From Rhizophagus irregularis (taxonomy: Eukaryota), in NCBI RefSeq assembly GCF_026210795.1, contig NC_089430.1:5766001-5830000 (forward strand): a DNA stretch of 64,000 nucleotides, read 5' to 3'. Within the stretch, counting starts at the first letter, position 1. Each line of letters opens with the position of its first letter. Of this stretch, positions 13,158 through 26,109 are shown piece after piece. The translations under genes were made by a program, and so were the position numbers. The notes below the pieces were generated by a model, which was given only the letters and a program-made list of their open reading frames with translations, was not told the DNA's origin and did not search any database.

Positions 13158-13608
13158 AGTTTTATATTATATGAAAAAATTAAAAATGTATTTATTAATG
13201 TAAGAATTTTAATTACATTTCAGTGTTAATATACCAAAATAAAGGGTCTTTTACTAAAACCCTATTTTTAAATTGTGAAAGGGTTTAACCAATAAAATTC
13301 CAGAAATCCAAAATTTTGGCTGAAATTTGTAATTTTGACTGAAACTTCAAAATTAGGCCGAATCTTAAGATAGGCCGAAACCTGCCAAAATATCCGATTC
13401 CCGAAGATCATGTGTTATGTAATACATGGATTTTATTATCTTATTTTTCTTATTTGTAATTCTGGTAATTAATTACCAGTTTTTTCCTAAAAATAATGTA
13501 AAATACATGATTATTCATTTTATTTATCATGTAATTAATGCAATTATTATTCGCTATATATATGACTTAGCTGTTATATCTAAAATTATTTAATATATTG
13601 ATAAATAA

Positions 13609-13871
13609 TTAATATTATTTATTAACTATATATATATATTAAAAACCACAGTTTTGGTATTGGCCATATAACTTACTGGCTGATCGATAATTGTATAAAC
13701 TGAGTGAATTATTTAATATATTTAATAAATAAATTATAATTATGTGCAATATTTATTTATTATTAATATTAATTTAATATTATTTATTTACTATATATAT
13801 ATGCAGTTTTGGTATCGGTTGTACAACTTACCGGCCGATTGATAGCTTTTTAAAAAATTGTGTAAACCGAG
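13609..13871. repeat. Two diverged ~95-bp direct repeats upstream of RepHel
   Basis: ttaatattattt..(ta)n..cagttttggtat.gg....a.aacttac.ggc.gat.gata occurs at ~13609 and ~13775. Confidence 0.55.
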
Positions 13872-16071
13872 AAATATTCTGTCATACTGTCTGTATAAAT
13901 AATTTGAATTATGTAACATGATCTGTCCATGTTATTTGATTAGCGGTCAGGTCATATGTTCATATGTACACAATTCTTTATTGCTAATATAATTTTTCCA
14001 GTTAATGAAATTTTAATCACTTTTTTTACAAAAAAACTCAGTTGTATTAATAATAATTTTTCTATTCCCATCCTTTTGGAATGAACGGTAACAAAAAAAT
14101 TTGCTTATTCATCATATAAAATTTTTTATTAAGTCATATAGAATTTTGCGTATTTAGGGGTAAAATTTCCATAACGTCATATTTGTATTTGCATAGCAAA
14201 TAAATTAGAAATGAATAGTGTAATACCTAAGCCCGTGATAAATCACGTTGCCACCTTAGATATTAACAAAATATCTCTTTATTAACAATATAAATAAGTA
14301 CAATAATATGCTTGGTTTAATACTGTCAAATAATAAATTAATTAGTTATGTCAAAATTTCAAAATGTGATAATTTTCCCATATTAGTAACCTTTAATTTT
14401 ATTAATTTACTTAAAATGGCAATTTTTCATTATAAGAAAAATGCTGAAAGATTCATGTTGATATTATTATTAAGGTGAATTTATAATACTTAACCATTTT
14501 TATTCTTTTTAAGTCTGGGGTTCTCCTCCTTTTTGAAAACCCAAATATCACGACTATTTAAAGGAATTCAGATTTATAATTTACCTCCTGGATTATGATT
14601 CCTAATTTTAATTCCATTACCTTAAAAGTATTTCCATTGTGTCAAAATAATTCCATTATTCTGTTTCTGTATCCATCTGATCGTCATTAACTCCTTAATT
14701 ATGCTTTGTAATACTTTTCTCTTAATGATCTACTCGGATCATCGTTTATCCTTAAATCACCTGTTAGTTTAATGTCATCCCGGACCAATTATCCTTGATT
14801 CTCATGACTAATAGTTTAACGACTTTTCGGTCCAGTTAAATAAAAAAAATGAAACTAAAAATAAATTAGATTTTATATACTAAGATTAAATATAATACTG
14901 CGCCTCACAATTATCAAATTTACTAGGTATGCTACGGCATTACAATAGTCATATATAGATTTGCGTAACAGGAGTAATTTTTTATATATAAAAAATAAAA
15001 TTAAATTTCACACGTTCAAAAATTTTTATAAAATAAATTTTTAAACTGATAATTTGTTTTCAAATACATTATTGAACTTATTACATCTAATTCTCATAAA
15101 ATTAGACATCATACTCATAAAAAAAATTGTATTTTTCACAATAATATTACTTTATTTTTTTATTTTTTTATTTTTTTACTAACGTCGGTACGCTCGGAAT
15201 GCATTTTAGTCAAATGTAATCGCCTTTTCAAGTTTAAGTAATGTTGTTCGGCGATGTCGAATCTACCTGCACGTAAATTTTCATAGTAATCGGAGCAATA
15301 CTTATGGAGTACTAATAATTTTCGCACTTTCAATTATTGCCGTATATTATCAAAATACAATGTTTCATTGATAATATATCCTGATATATCCCGATATTTT
15401 ACTGATTTTTATGTGTATTGTATATTATTATTTATTAATAAACATCATTTATTTATTTTATTTGCTTAAAACTAGATATTTATTATATGTGTTACATTAA
15501 TATTTTATCTTTCTAAACTATAAATGTTGTTAATGGTTTGGAACATTTTTCCAGTTGGTTCAATTCCAACAAACAACTTCTAATACGTCTCAGATGTCTT
15601 TGATATCTCATCGCGTCTAATGTCATTTGCGTTTCCTATCCAAAAAACGCTACAAAAATAAGAAGGCATTATTAGTTTTGTTTAATAGCACCATTATCAC
15701 CCAATTTAATAAAAACCTACGTACCATAATAAAATCCTAGAAAACAAAGTAAATAATGGGGTTAGTACTACCATTAAAACCATCACATAATTATCCAAAA
15801 AATTTATTGACACCATCCAAAAATCTAAAAAAAATAAAAAAAGGCATTAATATTATTAAACAATACACCATTAAACACCATGCAAAGGATCTACCATGAA
15901 GAATGTTGTTTAAAATTATCTGGGAATCTAAAAATAAAAAAAGGGATGTTAATGTAGTTTAATAACGTCACCATTAACACCCACACAAATAAACCTACCA
16001 TGAATAATTGTCCAAGAATCATCCATAAACCTAAAAAAAGAAGAAATAAAAGCCTTTCCAAAATACAGAAA

Positions 16072-17019
16072 TCAAGTGGCAAATTTTACTTTCTTTTTAG
16101 ATTTACTTTTAGTCAGTTGTGATGGTATAGGAGTAGCGGGAGTAGTAGAATGAGAACGAAGCTGACGAGTTTTAATGGTATAATTCTCTTCTAATAAAAT
16201 TTTTAATTAAAGAAATAATATATAATAACAGTTGAAAGATATAATATTGAAATATACCTTTTAGTTCCATATACTTTTTACCCAACATTCTCTGTTCTTT
16301 TCGCTGCTTCGTTAATTCATCTTCAAGGTCTAATATTTTTGATCGTGCAATAGTCAGATCATCTTCCAGCTGAGACCTTAGTTGAATACTGTCATGAAGG
16401 GAGTCTTGTGCCTCATTAAGTTGTTTCTGAATATGATTAAGATGACGATAACAACTTTCAAGTTCCTCTGAATTAAATTAAAAAAAAATATATGTATATA
16501 TGTGTATATGATAATAATTGGATAGTTAGTTCGAGAACTAAGTGGATAAAGTCGATAGTTTAGAAAAGATCTGCAGAAGGTAAAATCCTTTTAAGAACTG
16601 GACACTGGGAATATGAATACTCCGTCTACAGGTAATGAACCGTCAAGAACCATGCCCTGAGAATACGAATATACTGTCTGCAGGCAACCTCTTTTAAGAT
16701 CATTTAGTAAACCTTGCGTACAATACCCACCTTCAAGAAGTTGAACCTTTGGTTTTCTGGCAGCTTTCAAAGCCTTCAAGCGATTTTTAGATTTTCGGTT
16801 AGAGGTGGCAGAATGTCGACAGCGTTTCTTATTTGATGCAGCAGCAGTAGTAGAAGGACGAGCAGCAGTAGAAGGACGAGCAGCAGTAGAAGGACGAGCA
16901 GCAGTAGAAGGACGAGCAGCAGTAGAAGGACGAGCAGCAGTAGAAGGACGAGCAGCAGTAGTAGAAGGACGAGCAGCAATTAAAGCAGAAGTGGTGGTAA
17001 ATTTCCTAGTGGCAACCAT
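16072..17019 (-). CDS. bZIP-like basic/leucine-zipper coiled-coil protein (3 exons, ~205 aa)
   Basis: Exons 17019-16731, 16467-16258, 16190-16072 with phase-1 GT-AG introns. Protein: (AARPST)x7, basic KKRCRH..RKSKNRLKALKAARKPK, heptad L-L-L-L-R-L-I-L zipper, ends KSKKKVKFAT*. Confidence 0.65.
16844..16978. repeat. 18-bp coding minisatellite (7 x AARPST)
   Basis: gcagcagtagaaggacga repeated 7 times, two units carrying an extra gta. Confidence 0.9.
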
Positions 17020-18029
17020 TTTGAGAAGGAACAAATAGATGTGTAGTAAAGGTGTAGTGAAGGAAAATTTTGAAAAATATTAAGTAAAAACAAGAAAGGA
17101 AGGAAAAATGAAGATACTTATATAATGAAGAGATGTGACGCGTAAACATGTAAAAATTAGCAAAACAAAATATTATGAAAAAGATTGATAATAAAAGGAT
17201 AAATGTTACATGAGGGAAAATTCTGGAAAAGGAAAATCATATCAGAAAAATTATTTTCAGAACAAAGGAAAATAGTCTAAAAATAGTAATACTCGATAAG
17301 TTAATTTAAGGAGTTAAAATAATAAAATTAATAAGTCGCGACCATTAATTTATTTTTAGAAATAATTAGGATTATTTAATTTTAAAAATTAAGATACTGA
17401 TTTCAATAATTTAACCTATAATTGTAAATTATGTAAAATAATGAAAGGAACTTAAAGCCCCAATAATAGAAATCTATCAAATGAATTTATAAGGAGAGAT
17501 TTGTAAGAACACAAAATTTGAGCGCGAGGGATGTCTGTAGTATCACAAATTAGTAGTAGGTAGATCACTTATAATTGGCGAGATAGAATCCAAAATCATT
17601 TGCTTATTGATCATAGTAAAAAATTTTGACCTTTATATGTATTGTTCGGGGTCCTGATGCAGCTATCCAGTTATTTTCAGTTTTTGTAATTACAAATTTT
17701 TTTTAAATGAATATTTTTTTTTCCATCATTGTAATTCTTTTATTTATTTAGTATTTTTAATAATTTTTTTATCACTATAAAAATTTGTTTTTAAATTTTC
17801 TATTAATAAAAGTGTTAATGACGATAATTATGATGATAGTGAGGAATAATAATAATGAGAAATAATTACAATAGTTAATCCAATGAGAATTAATTCTAAT
17901 ATCATGTGATTTAAATAATGATACTATTTAGGAAATAAATGATGTAATTATGCAGGGCAAAATATTCGCGATCAAAGTCCAGTTAACATATAATTATGCA
18001 GGCAATGCAGGCAATTGTAATTTTATATT

Positions 18030-18452
18030 ATATTTTAAAACATTGCAATTTAATTAAGGAATAAGGATAAGCATATTATATTTTAAAAATAGTGCAATTT
18101 AATTAAGGAATAAGGATAAGCATATTATATTAGAATCAATAAGTTTTAAGGACTTCGTTAATTAAATTTATTACATTCGATCAATAAATTTTAAGAACTG
18201 CATTACAAAAAAAATTTAGAACTGCGTTAATTAAATTTATTACATTAGAATCAAAACTGTGTTTATTTTGTTACAAATACTTTAATTATGTAGAATGTTA
18301 TTATGTTCATCAGTTCATGTTTTAAACATTATAACGAATTTTAAAATTATTATAAATATTATGAAATTTGAATTTTTTTTTCGCAATTCAAAACCAAATT
18401 GTATTTTAATTTTCAAATTGTATTTAATTTTCAAATTGTATTTAATTTTCAA
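18030..18452. repeat. Cluster of short tandem duplications upstream of the Myb gene
   Basis: 2 x ~50 bp (tgcaatttaattaaggaataaggataagcatattata), 2 x ttaattaaatttattacatt, 3 x ~18 bp aaattgtatttaattttc. Confidence 0.7.
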
Positions 18453-18480
18453 GTTACAAAAAAATCATAAAAAATAAAAA

Positions 18481-19167
18481 ATGGCAGCATTAGTACCTTT
18501 TGTTCCACCGCCACCACCAGTATTCCAATGGACGATTAATGCTGCTAGGCAGTTAATTGCGGAGCGAAGAAACTTACATCAGCAATTCGAAAGAATTGCA
18601 AATCGCTACCATGTTAATGCATGGACAATAATAGCAAATAGGGTGTTCGCTGCAACGGGATTTGCAGGGACACCCAGGCAGTGCTATACAAAATGGAATG
18701 CCCTCAAACGAGGTTATGAAAACCTCAGTAGAATAATAAATAATAATGATGACGGCATTCCTATTACAAGCCCAAATAGTTTCGATAGAGCGTGTTTTGC
18801 CGATATGAACGATGAATTCTGGTTACAAACCGGTAATTATTATTAATTATTATTTTAAATTAATTTTATTTAGGCAATTCATTCAATTCATTAATATTTT
18901 TATTGGATTTTAGATCTGTTTAGACGAGAGTATCGACGGCGGCATGCTGCGCATGATCGACGTCGATATGAATATAGATTGCGAAGGGAAAGAAGGAGGT
19001 CGCGATCTAGGTCTCGATCAAGGTCTCAATCAAGAAGTAGATCAAGAAGTAGAGATAGAAGACAAGATAGAGGTAGAGATAGAAGACGGGACAGAAGTAG
19101 AGATAGAAGACGGGACAGAAGTAGAGATAGAAGAAGAGGTAGAAGCAGGTCCCCACATAGAAGATAA
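18481..19167 (+). CDS. Myb/SANT-like (trihelix) DNA-binding protein with C-terminal RS/RD-rich domain (~201 aa)
   Basis: Exons 18481-18832 and 18914-19167 (phase-1 intron). WT..A..LI..R...F......W..IA........TPRQC.TKW.ALKRGY is the trihelix Myb/SANT pattern. The tail reads RSRSRSRSRSQSRSRSRSRDRRQDRGRDRRRDRSRD...RSRSPHRR*. Confidence 0.8.
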
Positions 19168-19449
19168 TTTTAATTTTTATTATATTTTTAATCATATATT
19201 TTATTAGTTTAATATTAAATATTATAAAATAAATATTTACATACAAAAAATCATATTGTCTTTATTCTTATAAATTGTTTAAATGCCGAAACTCTAATTA
19301 AATCATATAGAAAGTATTGCCGAAACCCTTTAGTTTCGGCAAGCAACCTTATTTATTAAGTAATATTAAATAAAAATTTAAATTTTAAAAATACATTAAA
19401 GAATGTAAATTTATTTGCAATTCAGTATAGTATGATCATAAAAAATATA

Positions 19450-20620
19450 AATTACTCCACTGCATTTTCATGAAAATTGGATTTTGACTGCTAAACAACT
19501 TTTAATTAATAAAAGAAGTCGATTTCCTTTGACCAAAATGTTCAAAATACGTTCTGAAGTGACAAAACAGAAAAAATAAAATTCATGAATGAGTACCGTT
19601 GTGAAAAACGTGAATAACCCTTCAAGTATTAACTGCACCTTCATGAAAATTAATATCCAAGCAGATTATGACCCGCTGAAAAACTTTCAATTAATATAAG
19701 AAGTCAATTTACTTTGACTAAAATGCTTAAAATACGCTCTGAAGTGACAAAACGGAAAAAATAAAATTCGTGAATGAGTATCGTTGTGAAAAACGTGAAT
19801 AACCCTTCAAGTATTAACTGTACCTTCATGAAAATTAATATCCAAGCAGATTATGACCCACTGAAAAACTTTCAATTAATATAAGAAGTCAATTTACTTT
19901 GACTAAAATGCTCAAAATACGCTCTGAAGTGACAAAACGGAAAAAATAAAATTCGTGTTGTGAAAAACGTGAATAATTCTTCAAGTATTAACTGTACCTT
20001 CGTGAAATTTAATATCCAAGTAGATTATCACCTGCTGAACAACATTCAATTAATATAAGAAGTCAATTTACTTTGTCTAAAGTGCTCAAAATACGCTCTG
20101 AAGTGATAAAATGGAAAAAATAAAATTCGTGAATGAGTACCATTGTGAAAAACGTGAATAACTCTTCAAGTATTAACTGTATCTTCATGAAAACCAATAT
20201 TCGAACAGATTATTACTCGCTGAACAACTTTCAATTAATATAAGAAGTCGATTTACTTTGACTAAAGTGCCGAAAATACGCTCTAAAATGATAAAATAGA
20301 AAAAATAAAATTCCATTGTGAAAAACGTGAATAACTCTTCAAGTATTAACTGTACCTTCATGAAAATTAATATCCAAGCAGATTTTGACCCGCCAAAAAA
20401 CTTTCAATTAATATAAGAAGTTGATTTACTTTGACTAAACTGCCCAAAATACGCTCTGAAGGTAAAAAAAATTTTGTAACTTAGTACTATTATGTAAAAA
20501 TGTAAATAACTCCAAAAATATTAACTGTGCTTTCATGTAGATTAATATCTTAACAGCTTCAAACTTGCTGAACTACTTTCAATTAAAGAGCAAGATTTAC
20601 TTTGGCCAAAATGCTCAAAC
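19450..20620. repeat. Tandem satellite, ~6.5 copies of a 173-185-bp unit
   Basis: aatacgctctgaag anchors at ~19546, 19731, 19916, 20090, 20275, 20448 (periods 185, 185, 174, 185, 173). The edge copies are more diverged. Confidence 0.95.
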
Positions 20621-21384
20621 CATAATTTGAAATATGTGTAAACAAACTATAATATTTGTTTATATTTAAATTCTGAGTTATTTAATTTAAATGTGTTTGT
20701 TTATATTTAAGGAAAAAAAATAAAATTTTACTTCTATTTTATTAGGTTTTTGTAAACGAAAAGACAAAAAAATAATCAGCTGAAAAAATAAAAAAATTCT
20801 TTGTTAATAACCGTAATACGTGATCACATGTTGCAATATTAAAATCGGAAATCCTATATTTAAATTGGTAATACGTATTACATATATGACCGATAGGCCA
20901 AATTATATCTCCTGCTATTACAATTGTAAAATTGTAAAATAATATTAAAATTATGAATAAATTAAAAGTAAATTGGCAAAAATTCTAACCTGTATTAAGC
21001 AGTATTAAGAAAATTTTTTGATAAATTTAGATTAGATTTATGTGTAGCATAAATAATTATGTTAACGTGTACATTAATTAGTTACGAAATCACTCGTTAT
21101 AAAAAGATTTATTTTTTTTAATAAAATTAAACCATTATATCATAATTTCAGATCATAAATTTTATGTTTTTATTATATATAAGAAAATATATGTATATTC
21201 TTTTTTTAAAAGAAGTGAAACAAATTATTATAGAAAAAAAATATTTTTTTAACAAAAAAATGTGGATCCTTGTGAATAATACTAAATTTTCTGTTACTAA
21301 TTTCTTTAAGATTTAATTTCTATAATTTATGGAAATGATTTTTGACATATTTTCTTATTATTTGTATAATACGCAAAATAATTT

Positions 21385-22573
21385 TTATTTCTTTCCGCGT
21401 CCTCCACGACCTCCTTTTTTATTATAACTTCTTTTCGGTTTAATAGGTTGATCAATTTCACCATCACACAAATCAGATAATTGGCGTTTTTTAGTTTTAT
21501 TAGCATTAATAGGCGTATTATCATCTATCATAACCAGGTCTATAGGAGATTGATTTGTTCCTACTGTATCTTCTTTGTCTGAATCATTATCACTTTCTTC
21601 TTCATATGCATTTTCTATTTCTGTGGTATTTGAATCCGATTTTGGGGTAATATGTGTTTTTACTGGTGAATTAGGAGTTGATTTATTCCTCCTTTGAGCA
21701 AATGCGTTGGTGGTTGATCTTTGTGGTGAGGGTTGGTAATTGTTACTTGAAGTTGAAGTACGAAATCGAACATCATAATCGATCAACTTTGCATCTATCT
21801 GTACATATGTTGTTGATCCGTCTGTATAAATTGCCTCAAGAAATCCAGCGACGAAAAAATTGGCAAATTCACTCCATTTATCAGAAAGATATTCAAGCCA
21901 TTTTGATTCACTTGAATATCCAATCTCAAAATTAATGTAACGTGCAGCAGAATGAAATGGTGAATAGATCAACGATTTGGTTTTAACAAAATTCATATTA
22001 TTTGATGTTGACAATGGTTCACAAGCAGAAGTAGTGATATGAACGAACGGCTTTGTTGATGGAATTTTTCAGGTTCCCATTTCAAACGTTCTCCATTACG
22101 TCCTAATTGAGGTTCTAGCACACATGCCGCTTCAACTAAGAGCTGTTTATATGAAAAAGACAAATGAAAATATTATATTTGTAATTAATATTAAAAAAAT
22201 TATTTAAATTATTATCATTTTTATAAATTTTTATAATTATTATTATTAGATTATTATCATTTTTATAATTATTATTATTAAGTAAATTATAAAATTATTA
22301 TTAAAATTATTATATGTCATTATTCCTTAGATACATACAAAAATTACTTACCATTAATTTATTGTCATCAATAGTGAACTTTCCACCAAAATGGACTAAG
22401 TCCCCTTCTTTAAACGCCTCATTATAATCGTGCAGCGCGTTTGAAAACTGTTTGAATCCAAAAACAGGATTTTCATTGGAAACTTTCTCACGATAGATAG
22501 CGTCCCCAAATGCTGTGTGAGAGGATTCTCTTAAACGTACTACAAGTGCGATAACTGACAGAGTAGCGGTCAT
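21385..22573 (-). CDS. Putative tandem OB-fold (ssDNA-binding-like) protein with acidic/basic disordered tail; apparent 1-nt frameshift
   Basis: Exon 22573-22352, intron 22351-22143, exon from 22142. One A missing at ~22067 (EK/IPSTKPF) joins it to ORF 22014-21385. Beta-rich 'FKEGDLVHFGGKF' and 'FFVAGFLEAI' segments are OB-like (inferred). Tail ends KKGGRGGRGKK. Confidence 0.55.
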
Positions 22574-24654
22574 TTTTTTTAATTTTTTTGATAAAAAAAA
22601 ATTGAAAGATTTTATATTATTTTGAGTGTAGAGAAAAAAACACCTGCAAACTATCTATAAATGTGAATAAAGCATTACAGATTTTTATATAATTGGTAAA
22701 GTACAAGATGAAAAAACTTGATTATCATAATTAATTGTATCACTTCAAGAAAGGGGGCCAGCGTAAAATCTACTCAATTTTGCCAGATTTTCTAAAAGGG
22801 CAGATTGTAGTATTTTTCAGAAGATTTTCGGAATTTTTCTAAAACTTTTTGTACACTGAAGGGAACTCATCCATTAAAATTCCAATGGTGCATTATCCTC
22901 ATAATCAAATTCTATAATCCCAAAAGTGTTAAATATCAAAATTTTATAATCCATAAGACAAATTATTGTCAAAATTTAATTAACACAAGGATCTTATTAG
23001 CAGGATTAACTGGTTAAAACTGTTTTGACCATAAATATATCAGTAATTCTGATCAGATTTACTTAATGCTGCCCAGAGACTTAGTAATTCAGTTATATGT
23101 TTCCAAACTCAAAATTTAATACCGAATTTTTTCCTATTTATTAATAATGGTAGTGATTCAAATAGTCTTTTTTCAACTAAATGTATTAGCGTTAGTAAAG
23201 TTAGTAAAATCGAAAATTGGTACAATTTTAAGTAAAAAAAAATTTTAAATATTTTTCATATTAACTGGTTAAGGTTTTTTTGGATGGTTCTAACCTCTAC
23301 TTATTATTTATTTTATTTATTTTATTTTTTTTATAGAGAGAAATTGTCATAATACATGTATTATTTTGAAATTAACATTTTAAAAATTAAATTGAAAAAC
23401 TATAATTTATTAATTAACGATAAAACGTTTTTTGTTAAAATTATTTAAAAATTTTTTAAATTATAGCGAAAATGCTACAACAGTAAATAATATTATAATA
23501 GCGAAATTGATCAGCAAACAAATGAAAACATGCAAATATTAAATGATGTCTCAATTTAACAGGTATTTTCAGTGGCACAGGAAGAGTTTTTGCGAAAAGT
23601 TGGCATTAGAAGTTTTTTTCATTGTCATTGTCATTGTCATTTACATATAAAGTTATATAAGATTAATTTGAGAGTTTTTTACCAAAAAGGAAATTTTTTT
23701 ATAATAAGAGAAATGATTTTTAATTTCGAGGCAATTCAGCAGGTGTTTTAATAACAAATTGAGAAATGATTTCCATAGAAAATCTCGTGACAAAATTTAT
23801 AATAAATTTAAAAATAAATGATCAACAAATGATCAACAAAATCGTTACTAGTTTTATAAAAAACGCCCAATAATATCTTTTTATTGTTTTAACTTTGAAT
23901 TGTAATGATTTTTTAATTAAATTAAAATATAAAATTTAGAATATAAAATGTAGCACATATCTGTTCAATGTATTATTTATAAAACTTTGTGTTAACTGTT
24001 AAGGCTTCAATGCAAATTTTCAATTACAAATATTTTGCACTCAATTGTTTCTAGGATTATAAAGTCAATTTTTAATAAAAAATATGATACAAAAGTATAA
24101 TATTAAATATCATATGTTTGGATTTGTGTATGATAATTATGAGATAGTTACATGAAATTATGAGGAAGTCATGTAATAATTAAGAAATAATCTCATCCTA
24201 AATAAAGAGCTAATGGGAGAAGGAAAATATATAATTAATAAAAAAATATATGGATATTTCAAAGAAAGAATTTCAGGAGAAAACAAGAGATCAAAATATA
24301 ATAATTTTTGGAAGAAAATTAAAAAGGGAGAAAATTCAGAGAAATTCTGGTATAAGAAAAATTTGGATTCGCTAAAAAAAGTTGCAGTAACTAATTATTA
24401 AAAGATCAACAAAATTGTTGAAAACATTTGAAGTACAATATCAACAAATGAGGCACAGATGACAAGCCAATGGAATAAAGAGATTAAGTGGTTTAATGAT
24501 ATAGAAAAATAATTTGGGGAGAATGTCAGGAAAATCATTTGCCTATAGTGAGGAGAGAGTAATGATCAATTAAATATAATACAAAAAGAAGTTTCTTTTC
24601 TAATAATAAGTAAGGGAAGTAATACAAGGGGATACAAGGTGCAGTAAAATAAGG

Positions 24655-24720
24655 TGTAAGTGAGGCGTAGTAAGTGAGGCATAGTAAGCAGTAATTGAGG
24701 CGTAGCAATTAAGACGCAGT
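24655..24720. repeat. ~14-bp minisatellite (gtaagtgaggcgta)
   Basis: 4-5 diverged units visible. Confidence 0.6.
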
Positions 24721-25251
24721 ATTTTAAGTGTTTATGCTGATTACTCCTGTCACAAGAGTATAAACTGGGTATATGGTGTGACTTATTACATCATAGTTCT
24801 TTTCCAAGTGTAATTTGGACAACTAACTATATTTATAATAAATTTACTAACCAGGCGGATCTTTATTTTAACCATTCTAGTGGGTGCAGAGTTTATAAAA
24901 ATATATAAATATATACCTCCAAAACTTTTAAATATATATACATATATATACCTTTAAAACTCTTTTATTTCTCATATTCAAGCATGTCTTCTTTGTATAA
25001 TATTGTAATGCCTCCTTTTTATAAAGTTAGTTATTATTATTATTGTCATGCCACTTATGCTACTTGTTATCTTTAGATTGATATCTTTGAAGTATATTCC
25101 TGTTATAAGGTCTACTGATTCTGAAGGAGAAGAGGGAATGAGCTTTGGCAGCATTAGGGTCCTATGCCATCCCTATTATACAGTCAAGTAGTTCAAAAAT
25201 CTTTAAAGAAATCAAATGAGCTGAAAGAGCCAGAAAAGCTAGAAAAGCGTT

Positions 25252-25324
25252 AAAAAGAATATGAAAAAGAATATGAAAAAGAACACGAAAAAAAATATGA
25301 AAAAGAACATGAAAAAGAATATGA
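25252..25324. repeat. 12-bp minisatellite (aaaaagaatatg x ~6)
   Basis: Would encode EKEY/EKEH repeats in a decayed coding remnant. Confidence 0.75.
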
Positions 25325-26109
25325 TTCTCCATTATTTATTGCTAAACTTAATGGAAGCATACACAATGGATTTTACGAAAATAGTGAGAGAGATTGAGTA
25401 CGCAATAACAACTTGTTTGTATCTTGTGTATTGACTAATAAATTAATTTGGTTTCAAATTTGGGATCATTCATTTTGGCATGCATAGAATGCAATTGTAT
25501 TTCTAATAAACATGATGAAAAAAAGACATGCCAATGGATTATGAGAGTGATGGATCACGTTTCAAAACCATAACAATTAAATTCTCTGAATGTATAAATT
25601 TGGTACAAATGAGCCAATACAATATGAACAAGTAAGTTCCTTTGTTGTTGTTTAATATTTATTTCTTCTTTGCTAATACTTATTATTTCTATTTGCTCAT
25701 TTATATAGTATCTGAAGAATAGTCCATTTGGAGCAGTCTTATCTGAACGTATCTTGATGAACCCAAGCAGTCATACCTGAAGAACCTGAGCAGTTATATT
25801 CCAAGAAGCAACTTCATCCAACAGAGCAACTAATTTCCTAAAAACAAAATTCATAGTAGATTAATACAGGGTATTTATTTAATTATATTAAGTTCTTTAT
25901 CTAACTTTTCAATACTGATATGAACTTTTTTATGAAAAGAAACAAAGATATTATTGTCACAAATGTAATGAATTAAAAACGAAAGTCAATACAAGCAGAA
26001 TTATTGGAAGTACAGGAAGAGATCATAAAATTATTAAAAAAGAAATAATTGATCTTTAAAATTATAAGATTTACTGATTTGGTTTTATTTAATTCTAAAT
26101 TTAATCTCA

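Larger units (their letters stand above)
8493..22573 (-). mobile_element. Putative large Helitron2/Helentron-like element with cargo genes (boundaries uncertain)
   Basis: Similarity to the 3' flanks of the paralogous kinases stops at ~8492. A small hairpin acgcta-ttaat-tagcgt lies at ~8547-8563. The block contains RepHel, three nucleic-acid-binding-type genes and a satellite. The right end was not identified. Confidence 0.4.

Noticed and set aside
16776..17038. Poly-Leu ORF and VEGRAA-repeat ORF
   Set aside because: Alternative frames of the 18-bp minisatellite.
18944..19246. EVEIED-repeat ORF and hydrophobic antisense ORF
   Set aside because: Alternative frames of the RS/RD exon; splice phase selects the RS frame.
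19450..20620. CRISPR-like array
   Set aside because: Units are contiguous with no unique spacers, and the context is eukaryotic with no cas genes.
24789..24820. Possible inverted match to the 8508-8530 element end
   Set aside because: Two short matches in swapped order; not a credible TIR.
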